Shown here in pieces: positions 24,762 through 38,800 of a stretch of 64,000 nt of DNA. The notes beneath the pieces are model-generated. The model made no database searches. It was given only the letters and a program-made list of their open reading frames with translations, and had not been told where the DNA came from. Position 1 is the first letter of the stretch; the number at the start of each line of letters is the position of its first letter. A program made the translations under genes and the position numbers. This DNA is from Podarcis vaucheri (Eukaryota): the NCBI GenBank assembly GCA_965113315.1, contig OZ220368.1. One strand, given 5' to 3'.

Positions 24762-25209
24762 CTGGAAGGCACATGAAAAAATTTCATCAGAGACAACAGC
24801 ATTGCTTCTGGGGTGGAGGAGACACACATTTTGTTGCACACATCACTCCAGATTACAAAGCAGAATTCACAGTAGAGTGAATGGCAAATATCCATGATTG
24901 TACTGCTGGACTAAGCTGTCCTGCTATTCAAGGTGTGGCATAAGGAGATGCAAAGCTCTGTGTAGATTACTAGTACCCACACAACCCAATACATACATAT
25001 CAATGAGTGGACATATTACAGGCACAATGGGAACATAGTTAATGATTTACCATGAATATGCCAGGAGCGTCCACTTCATACCTCCTTATTAGTGAATGGA
25101 AAAACAAACCACAACCCCTAGCTATGGGGATCTTTAATTATTTATTCGATTCCATGATGAGAGCTATACAATGGAAGTGCTAGACACAATCTAGTGAAAA
25201 GGGAATTAC

Positions 25210-25960
25210 ACAGAGGCAGCCACGAAGAAGACTCTCACCAAGGTCACTAATAAGTCCAAATTTCTGAGAGTGGTGGAACTACCAAGAGGGCCCCCATGCT
25301 GATCTTAGCACCTGAGATGGTGTGTAGGGAAATCAGTCTTTCAGTTAATTGGGGCCCATCATTTAGGGCCTTAGACACTAATATGAGCACCTTGTCCCTG
25401 GAAATGAACTGGCAACTGTTTTAAAACAGGGATTATGTTTCGAAATGGAACCCCATCTGGCTGCTGCATTTGAAGTTTCTAAGTACTCTTCAAGGGCAGC
25501 CCAGCATTGCAATAATCCAATCTGGAAATCACCAGAGCATAGAGTACAGTAGCCAAGTAATCTCTGCGCAAAAGGGGCTGTAGCTGGCAAACCAAATATA
25601 GTTGGAAATAGGTCTTCCTAGCCACTAATGACACCTGAGCTTCCATTGACTATCTTGGATCCAAGAGTACTCCCAGCCTGCTCCTTCCAGGAGCTCCCAT
25701 GATGCAGAGCAATAGCTACCACATAACTACTTTTTGGAAACAGCTCCAAGGGTAGACGTGGAACTACTGTAATACAGTGCCTCCAAACCCTGGAGTTGCT
25801 CCAGAAGAATACCACGGTCAAAGATATCAAAAGCCACCAAAAGATCAAGGAGAACAAGCAGGGTTACACTCCCCTCATCTGTTTCCCAACAAATTTCATC
25901 AACCAGGGGGACTAAGGTGCTTTTTGGTGTAAAGTCTGGGCCTGAAACTGGACTGAAATC
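25210..25960 (-). mobile_element. Degenerate L2 LINE fragment
   Basis: Minus-strand frames give FQSSFRP, GSVTLLVLLDLLVAFDIFDRGILL and RLDYCNA-GLPLK-NAAAR, typical of L2 ORF2; multiple indels. Confidence 0.8.
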
Positions 25961-27583
25961 AATGATTTACTGTGTCCAAATGCTGCCACTGATGAAAATT
26001 TATTAAATTTATCAAAATTGCTCTATGGTCAGCTGCTCTATAGCCTAAAGTGGGCGGCTGGTAATGAGGGAGGAAGGCAGTCCTAGGAGACTCTTATTCT
26101 TGGCTGGCCATTCAGCTTACAGAATGATTTCCGAGAGCAGTGTTCCTTCCAGAGAGTATCCTTGCTCTATTGCTACTTAGAATTTGCTTGAAAAAAATAA
26201 GACCAGAATTCTGTTATTGCAGGGCAAATCCGCAGCCCCTGTAAACACACTGTGTCCCATTTGCTAGTGCAGAACAAGGTTAATTGGGGGCAGAGAACTG
26301 GATGGAACCTGTAAGGACTGTTCTATGCAGACACTCGGCAGGCAGGCAGGCAAGGCAGCCGCTCACCCTCTGGCAACTGGTTGTTTCCACAGATCTCACT
26401 CTTAATTGCAGATAATTATTTGAAGAGGAGCACAGAGGGGAAAGATACATATATTAGCAGGGGGAGGAGGCAAGCCTAATCGGTGAATGAGAAAGGGGAT
26501 CATGGACCTCATTCCATCTTTCTCCATAAACTGCAAAATGGGGTGTCTTTCCCTGATGGTTATTCCTCATCCGAAAAATGAGTGGAAAGCAAACTACATT
26601 GCAGTGTAGTAACTGGACAACACCCCCCTTCTGCTCCAACAGTTAGACATGGCTGGGAAAGTGCTTGTGACGGTTCTGTCAAGGCACAGCAATCATGAGA
26701 CTTACCTATACCTGCCGATAAAGGGCAGAGTCTTAAGCTAACAGCAGCTGCCAAGGGACTGAATTGTTGGGTCAGTGGAGGTCACCCCAATTATGAGGAG
26801 GGTATATTAGCTACCAGTAATATTTCAAGATTCAAAAAGCACTCTCACCCCCTTTTTGTGCTACCACCTATGAAAAATGAGTGCATCAGAAGGTTTTAAA
26901 ACCACTCCTGACAGAGAGCTTAGCTGGAAGAGCCAACTGTACGGCCCTCAAACTTATGCAGAGAGCTTGCTGCGACATTTCTAGGGTAGCAGTGTCCCTC
27001 CGGCTAAGGCTTTGCTAAATGAGAACTGAAGCAAGCAATTCAGGCAGCAGGACATACAGATGTGCAAGCAAGCTTCAGAAGTAGGCAATGAACATTGCTA
27101 TGCAAGGCTTTACAGGGTTGCAGTGGTGCAAGCAACAGCACAGCATGGGTGGTACAACTGAAGTATGCCTGCCCTCAGTTTACTGAGTGGCTCCTTTTTT
27201 CTATTTGCCTCTCTGTGCACTTTCTGGTCTCTGAGGCAAGGATGCAGCCTGGGAAGTGCCTTCTGACAGTGCAAGGACTGGCACTTTCTACAGAAGAGAT
27301 TTAAGCTGGCATGACATATCTGACAGACTAGCCATAACAATGCAATTTTTGCTTCAGAATGTCCTTGATAGAGAGCTGCTTTGCCCATGTGATAGAGAAG
27401 AGGAACAGATTCATGTAGGAAGCAGGCATTTTGATTATATTTCATACATATTAACCCCTTAATTCTTATTGACTACATTTAGACCCCCCTTTCTGTAGAG
27501 CCGAGAACAGCACTACAAATGCTATTCCTTTGGCAGGACCCAAAAGAGCCCTTGTTACCTTCAGTCACGGGTCGGGAACCTAC

Positions 27584-27889
27584 CGTCTTCATCAGTGCGA
27601 ACCCAGACCGGGATGCTCTCTGGCCCAGGACCCACGTCTGTGTGAGCCCTCACCCACACTTTGTACTCTGTCCATTTCTCCAGGCTGTTGATCTCCCAGC
27701 TTGAATGCTCGTGTCCAATGCCCTCAACCACACGCTTGCTGTTGTCCTCTCCTTCCACCGCTTGGTATGCGATAGAATACTGTGTGATGACTCCATTGCG
27801 GCTCTGAGCCGGTGGTGGTACCCAACTTACCCGGATAGAGGTGGAGCTGGTGCTTACACACACGACCTCTTGGGGTGGGGCAGAAGGGG
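27584..27889 (-). CDS. PTPRF: PTPRF exon, FNIII-4 (TPSAPPQEVVCVS...VWVRTDED)
   Basis: 306 nt, phase 1-1; ccctag|CCCCTT ... GAAGACG|gtaggt. Confidence 0.96.
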
Positions 27890-29110
27890 CTAGGGATAAA
27901 TAAAATGAAGCAAGTGGGGAGATGAGGGGAAATGATTGGGCAAAATACATAATTTACAGGGAGCTCTTACCCAGCCAACAGAGCCTCAATAAACATAGAA
28001 CAAAACCCACTAGGCCCAATTCAATTGAATAGTCGTCTGGCTATTCCCTCTCATTACCTGTGCACCCCACCAACTACTCTGGGGGATTGGGTGAACCCCC
28101 AGAACTGGGTGCAGTGGGGGGGAGTAGAAGTGATATTATTCCATCTGGCAAGCAGATATGCTATTCCGCCTGGCCTTTAATTTGAACTGAGCTTGATCTA
28201 TTATTTCCTTCTGTTCCCTCCCCATCCCCTTTCATGAAGATTACCCGCTCTGAGACCCCACAGCTAATTTTCCCCTAGCCTCCTCTGTAGAGGTTGCCTA
28301 AAAAGAAGAGAGAACTAGAAAGTACAAGACTTAGACAGATGTGAGATCAATAGGATAAGTAACAGATGAGAATAGGAGAGCAGGAATCAAGAAGGAAGAA
28401 TCTGAAGTATGAAAATTATTGAAACCAAGAAGAAAAGTAAGGACAGTGTTGTTTTGTTCCTTGAATAACCTGATGATGCTCAAGTTGAGGAAGGCTATTG
28501 GAATATACATCTTCTGAGGACAGTCTGACTGTACACTAACTGGCAAGCAAGCAATCCTGGAGAATTGGATTCTTTGCACCTGACATATTGCTCCAAACCT
28601 GGGAGCAGGGCACAGAACTGGAGGCTCCTAAGGCTATGAGGAAGGTTCCTAAAGAGGTAAAAAAAGTACTACAAACAACACTGCTGAGGTGGACCTGAAA
28701 GGTAGAGAGTAAAGAAAGAAAGCCAAGGCAATGCAGGAAAGTAGACAAAGTGAATGTAGGTATAACCCAAGAAGGATACATGGGGTATGAGAAGCAGACA
28801 AGAAGAGAGCCTAAATTAACTGGAAAAAATCCTTTTACTAATGAATTTGGAGATTTTGGAGAACAGGCCTCACTTGACAAAGCTCTCAGCAACTAGAAGC
28901 AGAAGAACTATCAGCAAGCATAATAAATGGATCAACACATGAGACATAGTGATTTCCCACATCTACTGATGGCTGGGTAAGAGTCACACCTGAATAGTGC
29001 CAATAATAAGCTGCAGCTTAACATCAGAGGACAAAATAAAACACAGCAACACAAGCAAAATACATGGGAAAAGTACATGAGAAAGAAATGCACACCAATA
29101 TGCACGTGCG

Positions 29111-29113
<3 letters not shown>

Positions 29114-29138
<25 letters not shown>
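29114..29138. repeat. (AC)n microsatellite
   Basis: Direct inspection. Confidence 0.9.
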
Positions 29139-29141
<3 letters not shown>

Positions 29142-29755
29142 CACACATTTTGAACCATGACACACACAAATATTCTCAGAGGCAAAATTAACCCATTCAC
29201 TATTCTCAGGTTATGCCCTCCCTGGAAATGTAAGTGCCTCTAAATCATGCTTATGAGAATGACTACTTGTGTGATGAGCACTGGGTAACCTAATTTCAAT
29301 GTTTCTGTGTTTAGTACCAGATGAGTGATCTTCTCAACATGATATTATCCTCAAGAAAAATGCTAGGAGTGGCAGCATTTTCCCCAGAGATAATGTATCA
29401 AAGGACATAGATCCTATGTGTGATTAGAGGAGCATCTTATTTGGGCTGTTCAACAATTAAGGTCAGGATTCCCCATATCTGCCTTTGCAAACTATTCTTC
29501 TAAAACAGAAAAAAAATGGCTTCAAGTTTTCATTTGAGCCAGGGTGCAGCCTTGGATCCCAAGTTCTAAAAATCATGCCCTGCCTGAGTTGCTTAATCCT
29601 TCCCTTGTTAGCTGCCTTTCCTTCAAACTCCACGCCACCGTTTTCATCTTGTCTGTTTCACTGAATCTGTTTACCTTGCAAGCACAAACCTTGAACTCCA
29701 TTGGGGTTGAGTGGGGAAAACAACTTGAAAGATAAAGCACTGTTGTCCTATACCA

Positions 29756-29856
29756 CAGGGGTAACCAATGTGGTCTCCTCTATGTTGTGGACTACAACTC
29801 CGATAATCCCTGACCATTGGTCATGCTGGCTGGGGTTGATGTGAGTTTGGGCCCAA
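29756..29856. mobile_element. Squamate MITE-like repeat (ggactacaactc...gaccattggtcatgctggctggg family), interrupted
   Basis: Semi-palindromic core; related degenerate copies near 4790-4880 and 53810-53860. Confidence 0.55.
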
Positions 29857-29870
29857 TTATTATTATTATT

Positions 29871-30048
29871 GGTAGTGGCGCCCACCCTGTGGAACACCCT
29901 CCCTTCAGATGTCAAGGAAATAAGTAGCTATCCTATCTTTAAAAGACATCTGAAGGGAAGTTTTTAATATTTAACGCTGTATTGTTTTTAATACTTGGTT
30001 GGGAGCCGCCCAGAGTGGCTGGGGAAACTCAGCCAGATGGGCCGGGTA

Positions 30049-30080
<32 letters not shown>

Positions 30081-30083
30081 AAT
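29871..30083 (+). mobile_element. L2-type LINE 3' end with (AAAT)n tail, inserted in a MITE-like repeat
   Basis: GCGCCCACCCTGTGGAACACCCTCCC (APTLWNTLP), then CCGCCCAGAGTGGCTGGGGAAACTCAGCCAGATGG and (AAAT)n; AATTATT occurs on both flanks. Confidence 0.7.
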
Positions 30084-32323
30084 TATTGGCTTCTCCTACT
30101 CTATCCATTTCCCACTGCTAAGCTGTTCTTCCATGAGGAAGGGACTAATGGCTAACATTACACATGGGTGAATATGACTAGTGTAATTGTGTAGTTTAGC
30201 CTGGAGTATACGCAGTTATATTCCCTCATAAAAGCTAAAGCACAGACACCTGGAACTAGGAGATATAGCCAGGGATGGAACCAGAGCACCTATCTTTTTA
30301 TAGTATGAAACATTGCCGAGGAGGATCAGTATCACAGGACTTCTGTGTCAGAGAGATCTCCCTTGCTTCTGTCCCCAGAGACCATTTAGTATGCTACTGG
30401 GAACACTTTAGAAATATAGCTTGGTAGTTTGCTAAATCAGCATATGGCCCTATGTTAAACTCAGATGCTTCACCACCTCCACATGCAATCTGTGATGGCA
30501 AAAAAAGCAAGACTAGATGAGAAAAATGTTCAACAGAAATTGGTCTTGAGGCATGCAATCCCCTTAACTTTTCTATCAATTAGCAGAAACTTGGATTCTA
30601 CAGGTTTCTCACAACACATCAGGTCTGCAAAAAGCTGTTTTCAGACATTGTTCAAGGAAAGGTAAGCTTTAGAATTCCTACTGATGGGCTCTTTAGAACA
30701 GGTTTCCCAGTGATCATAGCCACTTAATTCATGCTCCAAATGTTACATTTCATAGGGAAATGTGCTTTGGCACTACATGCCTTCACCCCTCACCTGGGAG
30801 GTGTGAAGAGAGGTTTCTTCCTTTACCTGTGGACTAGAATCCATGAATGGCTAAAATGGCACAACATCAGGATTAGCCTTCCTTTAATTGCTGGACTTTA
30901 AATTCTTTGCACAGACTCCTAACATGGCCCAGCCACACAGAGCTATGCATGAGTCACAGGTTGGAGATATCTGCATTACTATTTGCTTTGGATATTTGTC
31001 TGTTATGCCTTGTTAGTATGATGGCTGGGCAAGTGCCCAGTCATGGCCTATCAATACACATGCTCCATGAGTAGCTGCTAACAGAACAATTAATAGTCTC
31101 CACATTCAGTTTGTGTCCCCCAATGTAAAATATTTATGATGCCTCCCTCTGAATATTGTTTCATATATTTTTGTCCAATCGTCCTGGCACTAAGATCCCA
31201 TTAGCTAAAGAGCAAGTTAAACAGGACTGTTGGAATTCTTATGATGGATGTGCTAATGAAAGGAGGAAAGGTCATTCCAATCATAAGTGGAGCAGTTCTT
31301 CCCCACCCTGATTCATCCCAGGCACTCTCTGGCTCCACACAGAGAGGGCGGCTGCTGCCTCCTCTATTGCTTGCCCCACACAGCCACTAAATCCTTGACA
31401 GATGGCACAAATGAAAATGTCTCACTTTTCCCCTTTAATGCTTTTTGCATAAAAGCAAGCCCCAAAATCGTTAGTGAAAACAAGCTTATCTCAGAGCTCT
31501 TTGATAGCTTTAATCTGCTTATGTGCAGCACTTTGAGCTGCCAATAAAGGTGCATTGGTCTCCTACTCCACCAGCACATGGGCTCAGAAGAGAATGAAAG
31601 TGATCAGCTTGGGTCACCTCTTTATCTGGCCTTCTGACTTACTTCACTGTTTGCCTCAAGCCTTCAAAGCCTTGGAGCAAAACCCACACAGCAGTCTTCT
31701 TCCTCCTTCCACTCCATAAAAGTCAAGCATCCACATGCACCACACACCTCACTCAGCACACATCCCCTTAAGAAGCTATTAATCATTCAATCTACTTGCA
31801 AAGATCCCACCACCCCCTCAAGTTAATTCTTCCAGGCTTGCAAATGCCTGCGGTGTAGCAGTAATGCAATGTGTGCATCGCTCCTCTTGTACAGAGATGA
31901 TTGTCTGGAAGGGGCAGGGAAAAGGCGAGCAATGGTGTCTCTGACTGGGGTATGAGCACATGCACAGTAGGAAGGTGCATGCACGAGGTGCAGATATCAA
32001 ACACCCACTACAACTGAATTGCATGGGGAAGAGGATGTGCCAGTAAACTCACAGAGATACAGGGAATAAATCTCATCAGCTTCTCCCACCTATTCCCTTT
32101 GCCCAGCATATCTGTGAGTCCACCTGTTGAAAGGGGAAAGCATGGACTGAAGGACAATGGGACAAGACTTACCCTGGGCAAATGGCCCCTGCATCAGAGC
32201 CACAGCTGGCCTGTCCTCTCCACATTTCTCTTGCTACTGGTTCCAACCTCTCCATTAACTCTCATACAAAAGTGCAATAAGATTTTGTCCCTCACTCAAT
32301 CTCAACCAAACAGAGACACTTAC

Positions 32324-32468
32324 TGGACTGTGCTGTTCGAGCTTCCAAAACTGGGGTATAGACCCCTAGGCCCAGCTCAGAGCGGGCTGCCAGCTGGAAC
32401 TTGTAGAGTGTGTCCGGCTTGAGCCCTTCAAGTGCATATGATGAGGTCTGGTCAAAGTCCACCTTATG
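32324..32468 (-). CDS. PTPRF: PTPRF exon, FNIII-3 C-terminal half (HKVDFDQTSSYALEGLKPDTLYKFQLAARSELGLGVYTPVLEARTAQS)
   Basis: 145 nt, phase 0-1; ttctag|CATAAG ... CAGTCCA|gtaagt; translated by hand. Confidence 0.96.
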
Positions 32469-33164
32469 CTAGAAAAGGCAAGAGGCAAGTTTTTCTTTTA
32501 CTCAGATTGGGGGGGAAGGAGGGAATAACATAGCTATTGACACCTGACTATTGGACTCTTGGCCGTAGATGCCTACCAGTACTGCATACTAGGAATCATG
32601 CAATAGAGCAATCTATGCTCATCCTATGTAACCCTGAAAGCCACTATTTAAAGGAGATGATTTCACTTCCCCACAGATGTTGTGAATTCTCATTATAACC
32701 ATGAGAAAAGAATCACTTTCAGTTCCCAGACACTGGAAACTTTTGGCTAATGAAGTATGTGTTGATGTAAGTGCGAGTAAGTTAGCATTTATAGAAGACA
32801 AGCTGTGATAGGTCCTCACTTCAGAGCCACCACCTAATGGTTCAAAGGCCAGATAACTTCTGAGGCCTGATCCAACTATTATGTGGCAATATGATTGCCA
32901 ACAAAACTGCTGCTCTTGCAGGAGCAGGAGCAGGAGCTCTTGCAGCTATCATAGGGAGGTGAAACTCTGGTATAGGTTCATAATCCAATGGGATGTGGAT
33001 TGCAGTATTCTCACAGATGCACAAATATATCTAGTCATGCAAATGCCATTTTCCACAACAATCATACTGGGCCTAACTCTAACAGATATAAAAATAAGTG
33101 CCCCATACCCATAGGCTACTTTGGTATAGGTCTTTAACCATCAATGGGTCATGTTGTCCCTCAC

Positions 33165-33298
33165 CTGGATCCCATCTGTCTCTTCCCAATACACCAACTC
33201 ATACTTGGTGACACGTTCTTGAGGTGCTGGCTGCCAGGTCAGCATGATCCGTGTGTCAGACTCTGCCTCAGCTTGGAAGTCAGCTGGCTGAGATGGAA
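33165..33298 (-). CDS. PTPRF: PTPRF exon, FNIII-3 N-terminal half (VPSQPADFQAEAESDTRIMLTWQPAPQERVTKYELVYWEETDGIQ)
   Basis: 134 nt, phase 1-0; ctccag|TTCCAT ... ATCCAG|gtgagg; translated by hand. Confidence 0.96.
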
Positions 33299-33686
33299 CT
33301 GGAGACCAATACAACAAGAGTCAGTTGTGGGAGGGGACTCCAGAGCAGCTTTAGAAAATTTCAAGGTGCAAGCCCTATCATCAACGCACTTCAACAATAG
33401 CATTGTCATAAACACAATCTTAACACATTCTCCTAAGCTCCAGGTTCAAACAATGACAACTATGTTCTTTCTCAAACTAGTGATTAACCAAAGTATCCAC
33501 AACTATGCTTAAGTCAACTGTTAACTATGCTGGCAACAGAGTGCTGCTGGAACACCTATTTGAAAAGGACAAATTGCCTACCAAATCCCTAAAGTCTCTG
33601 GATCACACCTCAACCTTAGCTCAAAATATTAGCTCTTGGAAACAGTAGGACAGAGAAGGAATAGAGCTCACACAAAACATACATAC

Positions 33687-34268
33687 CACCCTGTTGGGCC
33701 TTTATCTGGATGGCATCAGAAGGGGGTCCATCTCCTACTGAGGTGAAAGCCAAGACACGAATACTATAGGTGGCCCCATTTATCAAACTTCCTACAGTGG
33801 TGAGATGATGATCATCAGTGTTGTGTTTCTGCCACTTGCTGAGTGGTAGGTGGGGGTCAATGGTGTAGTACACTCGATAGCCACGGATCATCCCATTGGG
33901 CTCTTCAGGTTGTTCCCATTGGACCAGCATGGTGCTGGAACTCAGCATCCGTGCCTTCACTTTGAGGGGTGGGCTTGATGGAGCTTGCTCTCCTGTCCGT
34001 GCATCCACCAACTCACTAGGGGGACTCCTGCCAATGTTATTTACAGCAATAATGCGGAACTCATATTCTGAGAAGGGGCTTAGGCCACCAATGCTATAGC
34101 GGGTGGTTGCCACACCATCTACTTCTCGGAAAGTGCCCTCTAATGACTTGGACTTATATTGGATGACATAGTAGGAGATAGGGTCAGCATTTCCTGAGTC
34201 CCAGGTGAGAGTCACACTGGTAGCTGTCGTCTCCGTTACTAATGGCTCCATTGGAGGTTTTGGAAGAG
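33687..34268 (-). CDS. PTPRF: PTPRF exon, FNIII-1 and FNIII-2 ([18 protein letters not shown]...IQIKAQQG)
   Basis: 582 nt, phase 1-1; tttcag|CTCTTC ... CAGGGTG|gtatgt; inside ORF 33616..34287. Confidence 0.97.
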
Positions 34269-35552
34269 CTGAAAGCAAAAAGCACAATGTCAGTAATTTG
34301 ATTAGTGCAAATGCTGTAATGTGCAGAGCTATAAAGGAGGCTTAGATGCTTGCTAACGTTTTCCTTTAAAGGCAGAAATCATTTCATAGTCAAGAACGTA
34401 CATTTTTATATTACACATTACCATATATTGCTTGAAGTGCTTCTTAATGGAAGAGTAAACACAGCAATCATGTTATTAGATGTGCTCAAAGCACTTGCTG
34501 GCAGCTGGCTAAATAAAGGTAATTTAAACAAGGAACCAAGTCAGGTTTTCTAAAGCAGAAAGGGTTATTCAGCTGAGGTACGCTTTAGGAAGCCAGGTTC
34601 ATGGCCTTTTCGGAAAGTATACCGGGGCAAAAGTAGTTCCATGTCTACTGTTGCTGCAAGAGCAAGAATATGTGGACTGCAGGGACTTGTGGCAAGCATA
34701 TTTTTGTGGTGGGATGTTAAGGAAGCCAATCCTGTTACGAAAGTTCCGAGCATTAACAAGAAAGCAGAACTACTCTAGCACAACTGATCACATCAGCCAT
34801 TTATCCAAAAAAGATAAATTTGTGGTCAGTACTGCGTTCTACTATCTTGGGATCCTTCTATGTACTGGCTAGGCACAAGGAAAACATTTATGATCATGAA
34901 GAAAAGACTGAGAGACTCCCTGACTCCCATAATGATCACCCTCTGGAGCTGTATTAATGTAAATACTGAAATCACAGTAGGTTATAGGATGTTTAGTAAG
35001 GTAACAGAACTGAAAGACAGGTGCTTCCACAAAGCTTTTTCAAGTGACCTGACAGAGATGTGCTGTCCTGGATGCCATTTCACACCATCCAGATACATGC
35101 ACAAAACAAACAAATATTAGCTCTTGGGCAGGGCTCTTGAATGACAGCGGAGAGGCCTTATTATTTCTCCCAGAGACTTGCTCTATAATTCTGATGTTTG
35201 GCCATTCCATTTATGCACTGTAAGTAAACCTCTATTTTACAAGAAAACAAATGAGAAAACTCTGGGAGATACATGTTGGGTAACAAAGATCGGGAGGCGG
35301 GGGGATGCACACGCGATGTGTCTTAAAAGTCTACACAAGTACAGCAGACTCCCTGCTACAGATGTTTGCCGTGAACATGCAAGAAGCTAGAAAGACCTGT
35401 GCAACAATGGCGACAGGGCTAATGGTGAGGCTCCACAGCATCTTTGTACTCAGGTTCCCCATTCACACTAATAATGACTGAGTCACAAGTGCACCCCATT
35501 CTGCTACCTGGTACCATGCAGAGGTATAGGATACCATGGAGCAGCTTCTTAC

Positions 35553-35822
35553 CTTTGACAGTGATCTGAGCTGTTGCATGGATTACCCCCAGTGAGGACA
35601 TGGCTTCGCAGGTGTAGTTGGCCGACTGCGTGATGTTGGTCAACTCCAAAACATTCCTGCCCATTGGCATGTCATCTTCTTTCGTCAGCTCCACGTCTCC
35701 GACAATCCACTTCACGTAGGGCATGGGGGACCCCACTGCTACACATGTGAGATTCACGCTCCCTCCAGGCATCACCTCATGGTTACTTGGAGGGATTGAA
35801 AATCGAGGGGACACTCGCCGCA
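35553..35822 (-). CDS. PTPRF: PTPRF exon, Ig3 ([12 protein letters not shown]...ATAQITVK)
   Basis: 270 nt, phase 1-1; tttcag|TGCGGC ... GTCAAAG|gtaaga; both Ig cysteines present. Confidence 0.97.
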
Positions 35823-38800
35823 CTGAAACAAGGAATAGACAACTAGTAGGGTCACAGCCTAGACAATTGATATTCACTTGCTGCATACCCAAGGGGTGGG
35901 GGAAGGATCAACATTTCTCCTAAGTAGTAGCAAATCAATCCAGAAAAGAAGAAAAGAAAAAAAAGAATTCTGAACAACAGCTGTTCACTGCTCTGCCAAA
36001 TTTCATACCCAAGTTCTCCCTTTGACCCACTGGTGTTTTCAGCAGGAGCTCAACGATAGGACTGCCACCATTATTGTTCTCTCAGCTAAGTTACATTATG
36101 GACACTAAAATGTCTCTTTATTTCAAATCTACCCACTAATTAGAAAATAAGTTCACGCCCTGTCCATAGGGTGTGCAGAACCTCTGCAAGGTGGAATAAG
36201 CTACTAAACTGGTTGGTTCCACAGCAAAGCAACCTGCAGGACAAACCTATCTTGCAGGGGCAGCTACAGGGTTTTATTTTTAAATTACTGCATGCATTAC
36301 TGCTAGCTAAAAGAGTGTTCCTGTGCAGGATTCAGCAGTGAGCCTGGGGCACCGCACAGCCGGATCAGAACACCTTGTTGGGTAGGAGCTTCATCTTAAT
36401 AGACAGGAGATCAGATCTGAGCTGACAGCAGAGGACCTGGGTGACAGGATCCTCTCTCCCATTGGGAATGTGTTCCAGGAGAAAGAACACTCCTTATTTC
36501 ATCACACAGCATCTATTCATATAAAAGTCTCACTTGGGTTATTTTGTAGACAAACCATTAGATCGGCTAAAGTGCCCCAGCTGTTTGCTGTACACACATC
36601 AGTCAGGGAAATGACACTGAGAGATGAGGACCCTTCTTTAGGGCCAGTATTATGGGCCAATTTAAGGAGGGATACAGGAACACAACTGAACATAGTAAAT
36701 CTTTGTCTCCTCTGGGCAAACTCATTTCAAATACATACAATAAAATAAAAAATTAAAAATGTGGGAGGGAGGGTGCAATGTGTTTCTTCTGGGAAGCCTG
36801 CTTTTCTGTAATGGAGATGTCACTACACATTTAATATCACAGCCTCTCCAGTCCACAGAGTCAGGGCTGGCAGAATAGTGAAGAGCTGCAATGCACAGGG
36901 ATAGGGTTAGCTGGAAAGCAGTGGGGTGGACTATTTCTTAGCAAGATGGGAGAGACCTGCTCAGGGGCTAAAGCCCACTGGGACTGCCTCATGCTGGGCT
37001 TCCTCCTGCGTCATCTCCAACACCACAAAATCTCGTTAGAATAGGGGCAGCTGCTGACAGACAGGCTGACAAGACTCGGCTCAGCCTGACACTTCCCCTA
37101 ATCAAATTTCGCTTGAGCTCTCTTTGATGATTCATTCCCAAACCAGCAGACTCACAGAAATAGACTGAACACAGAAGCCCCCACATTAGAATGTACAACA
37201 GAGTGAGGGTTTGGGGATAAATTAGACAATGCTGTCAACAGTGACAAAGCAGAGCTCATCAGCTCCTCACCAGCTTTTTTAAAGGGGCCCTCCCATAATG
37301 ATAATGTGCATGTTATCAAATGTCTCAATCTATAATCTAGTGGGTTGTTCCTTTTAATCAATTGTTCAATCTCAGGTCAATAATTGTGTGCATGGTCACC
37401 AGTGAAAGGCTTGCTCCCTGCCTGACAGGGGAGTGCACCCCCAAACAAGACAGAAATTAAAGCAAATCAGCGCTCTAACAGAGTTATGAGAATACCCTGG
37501 TATTTAATGGACATGGCAATGGATCAACATGATGGGGTGGTTGTCCAACGCAGCCTGGTTCTGATCGGCAAGAGGCAGGACTCGTTCTCCCCCCCACAAT
37601 GAACATGGTATTGAGCCAGTACATGAAGAGGTTTGTTCATTTGTTGTGTTTTATTCCAGGGACCAACCAACTTCCCACCCGCTCACCAACCAAACTGGTC
37701 TCAAAGAAAAGCAAGCTTGAGTAGTAACACAACAGGCTCGTGCACGGCAATAATTAATTGACTTGACATGCGCCAGACAGGAAAGAGGCCAGGTATGGGA
37801 ATGAAGCTGCTACATAAAATCTTGACAAAAAACAAGGGTGGGAAGGTTGAAATGCACAGATAGGCAAGCACGAGGCACAGGAATGAGACTGGAAGGAATT
37901 CATGCAGAAGGGCTGAAAGAATTCAGTAGCATGCAGAAACCACCTCTGCCATCCACTCCAGTGAGAACCAAGCAAGATAGCTCCTACAACTACCTCCGAT
38001 TACCTAAGTCACCTTCAAATGCATGCATGAGCAGTGGTTAGAATTAGAGTGAATCTCCACCAGAACAGCATTCCCTGACATATCTCTCAGACATCAGTCC
38101 CCAACTGACTCCTTTGTGGCCGTAAAAAGACCTGTCAAGACCATGCTTGGGAAGAAAGAACACGGCTTGTGAATCTGCCGATAAGCGCTTTAGTTCATTC
38201 AGCAAAGAGCTATCGAGAAAACCTCTCGCCCTTTTTGAAAGCTGCTGTTTACTATTCTAGCGGCAGGGGAAGAGAAAAGGTTACTTGACAATGTATCAGA
38301 GAGGGGTCTCTTCTAGCCTAGCTACAGGATGAATGGCAATGAAAATCTCTCCCCCCCTCCAATCCCCACACAAAACCAAGCCGATTTAAAGAAAGGCTGT
38401 AGGCAAGCCCCTTCCCCAGGGGTAGGTTACTCAAAAAGAGGATCGGAAATCAGAGCACTTCTGATTCCACAAGACGACTCAGCCAAATGTCACTCTTATG
38501 ACTGAGCAGAGATATGCATCTCCCTAAGGCCAACACAGACACTAAGCTGATGAACCTTTTCTTTCCTACTGGTACGTTGATGCAGCGACAGTTCGAGATT
38601 GGTTACAGGGCATAAAGGTGCAGAAGTGAGGCTGCTGCCTTAGTTCTTCACTCAGTTTCCACTGTTTCATTTCCAAAAAAATGCTTGCCTTCTTCCTGCC
38701 CTAGGTTGCCCTATTAATGACCTAGCCTCAACAGATTGTCCTCCAGCCACAATACGTTGCCTAAGTACTGCACCGTGCAAGCAGGATAGATTGTTTCTGT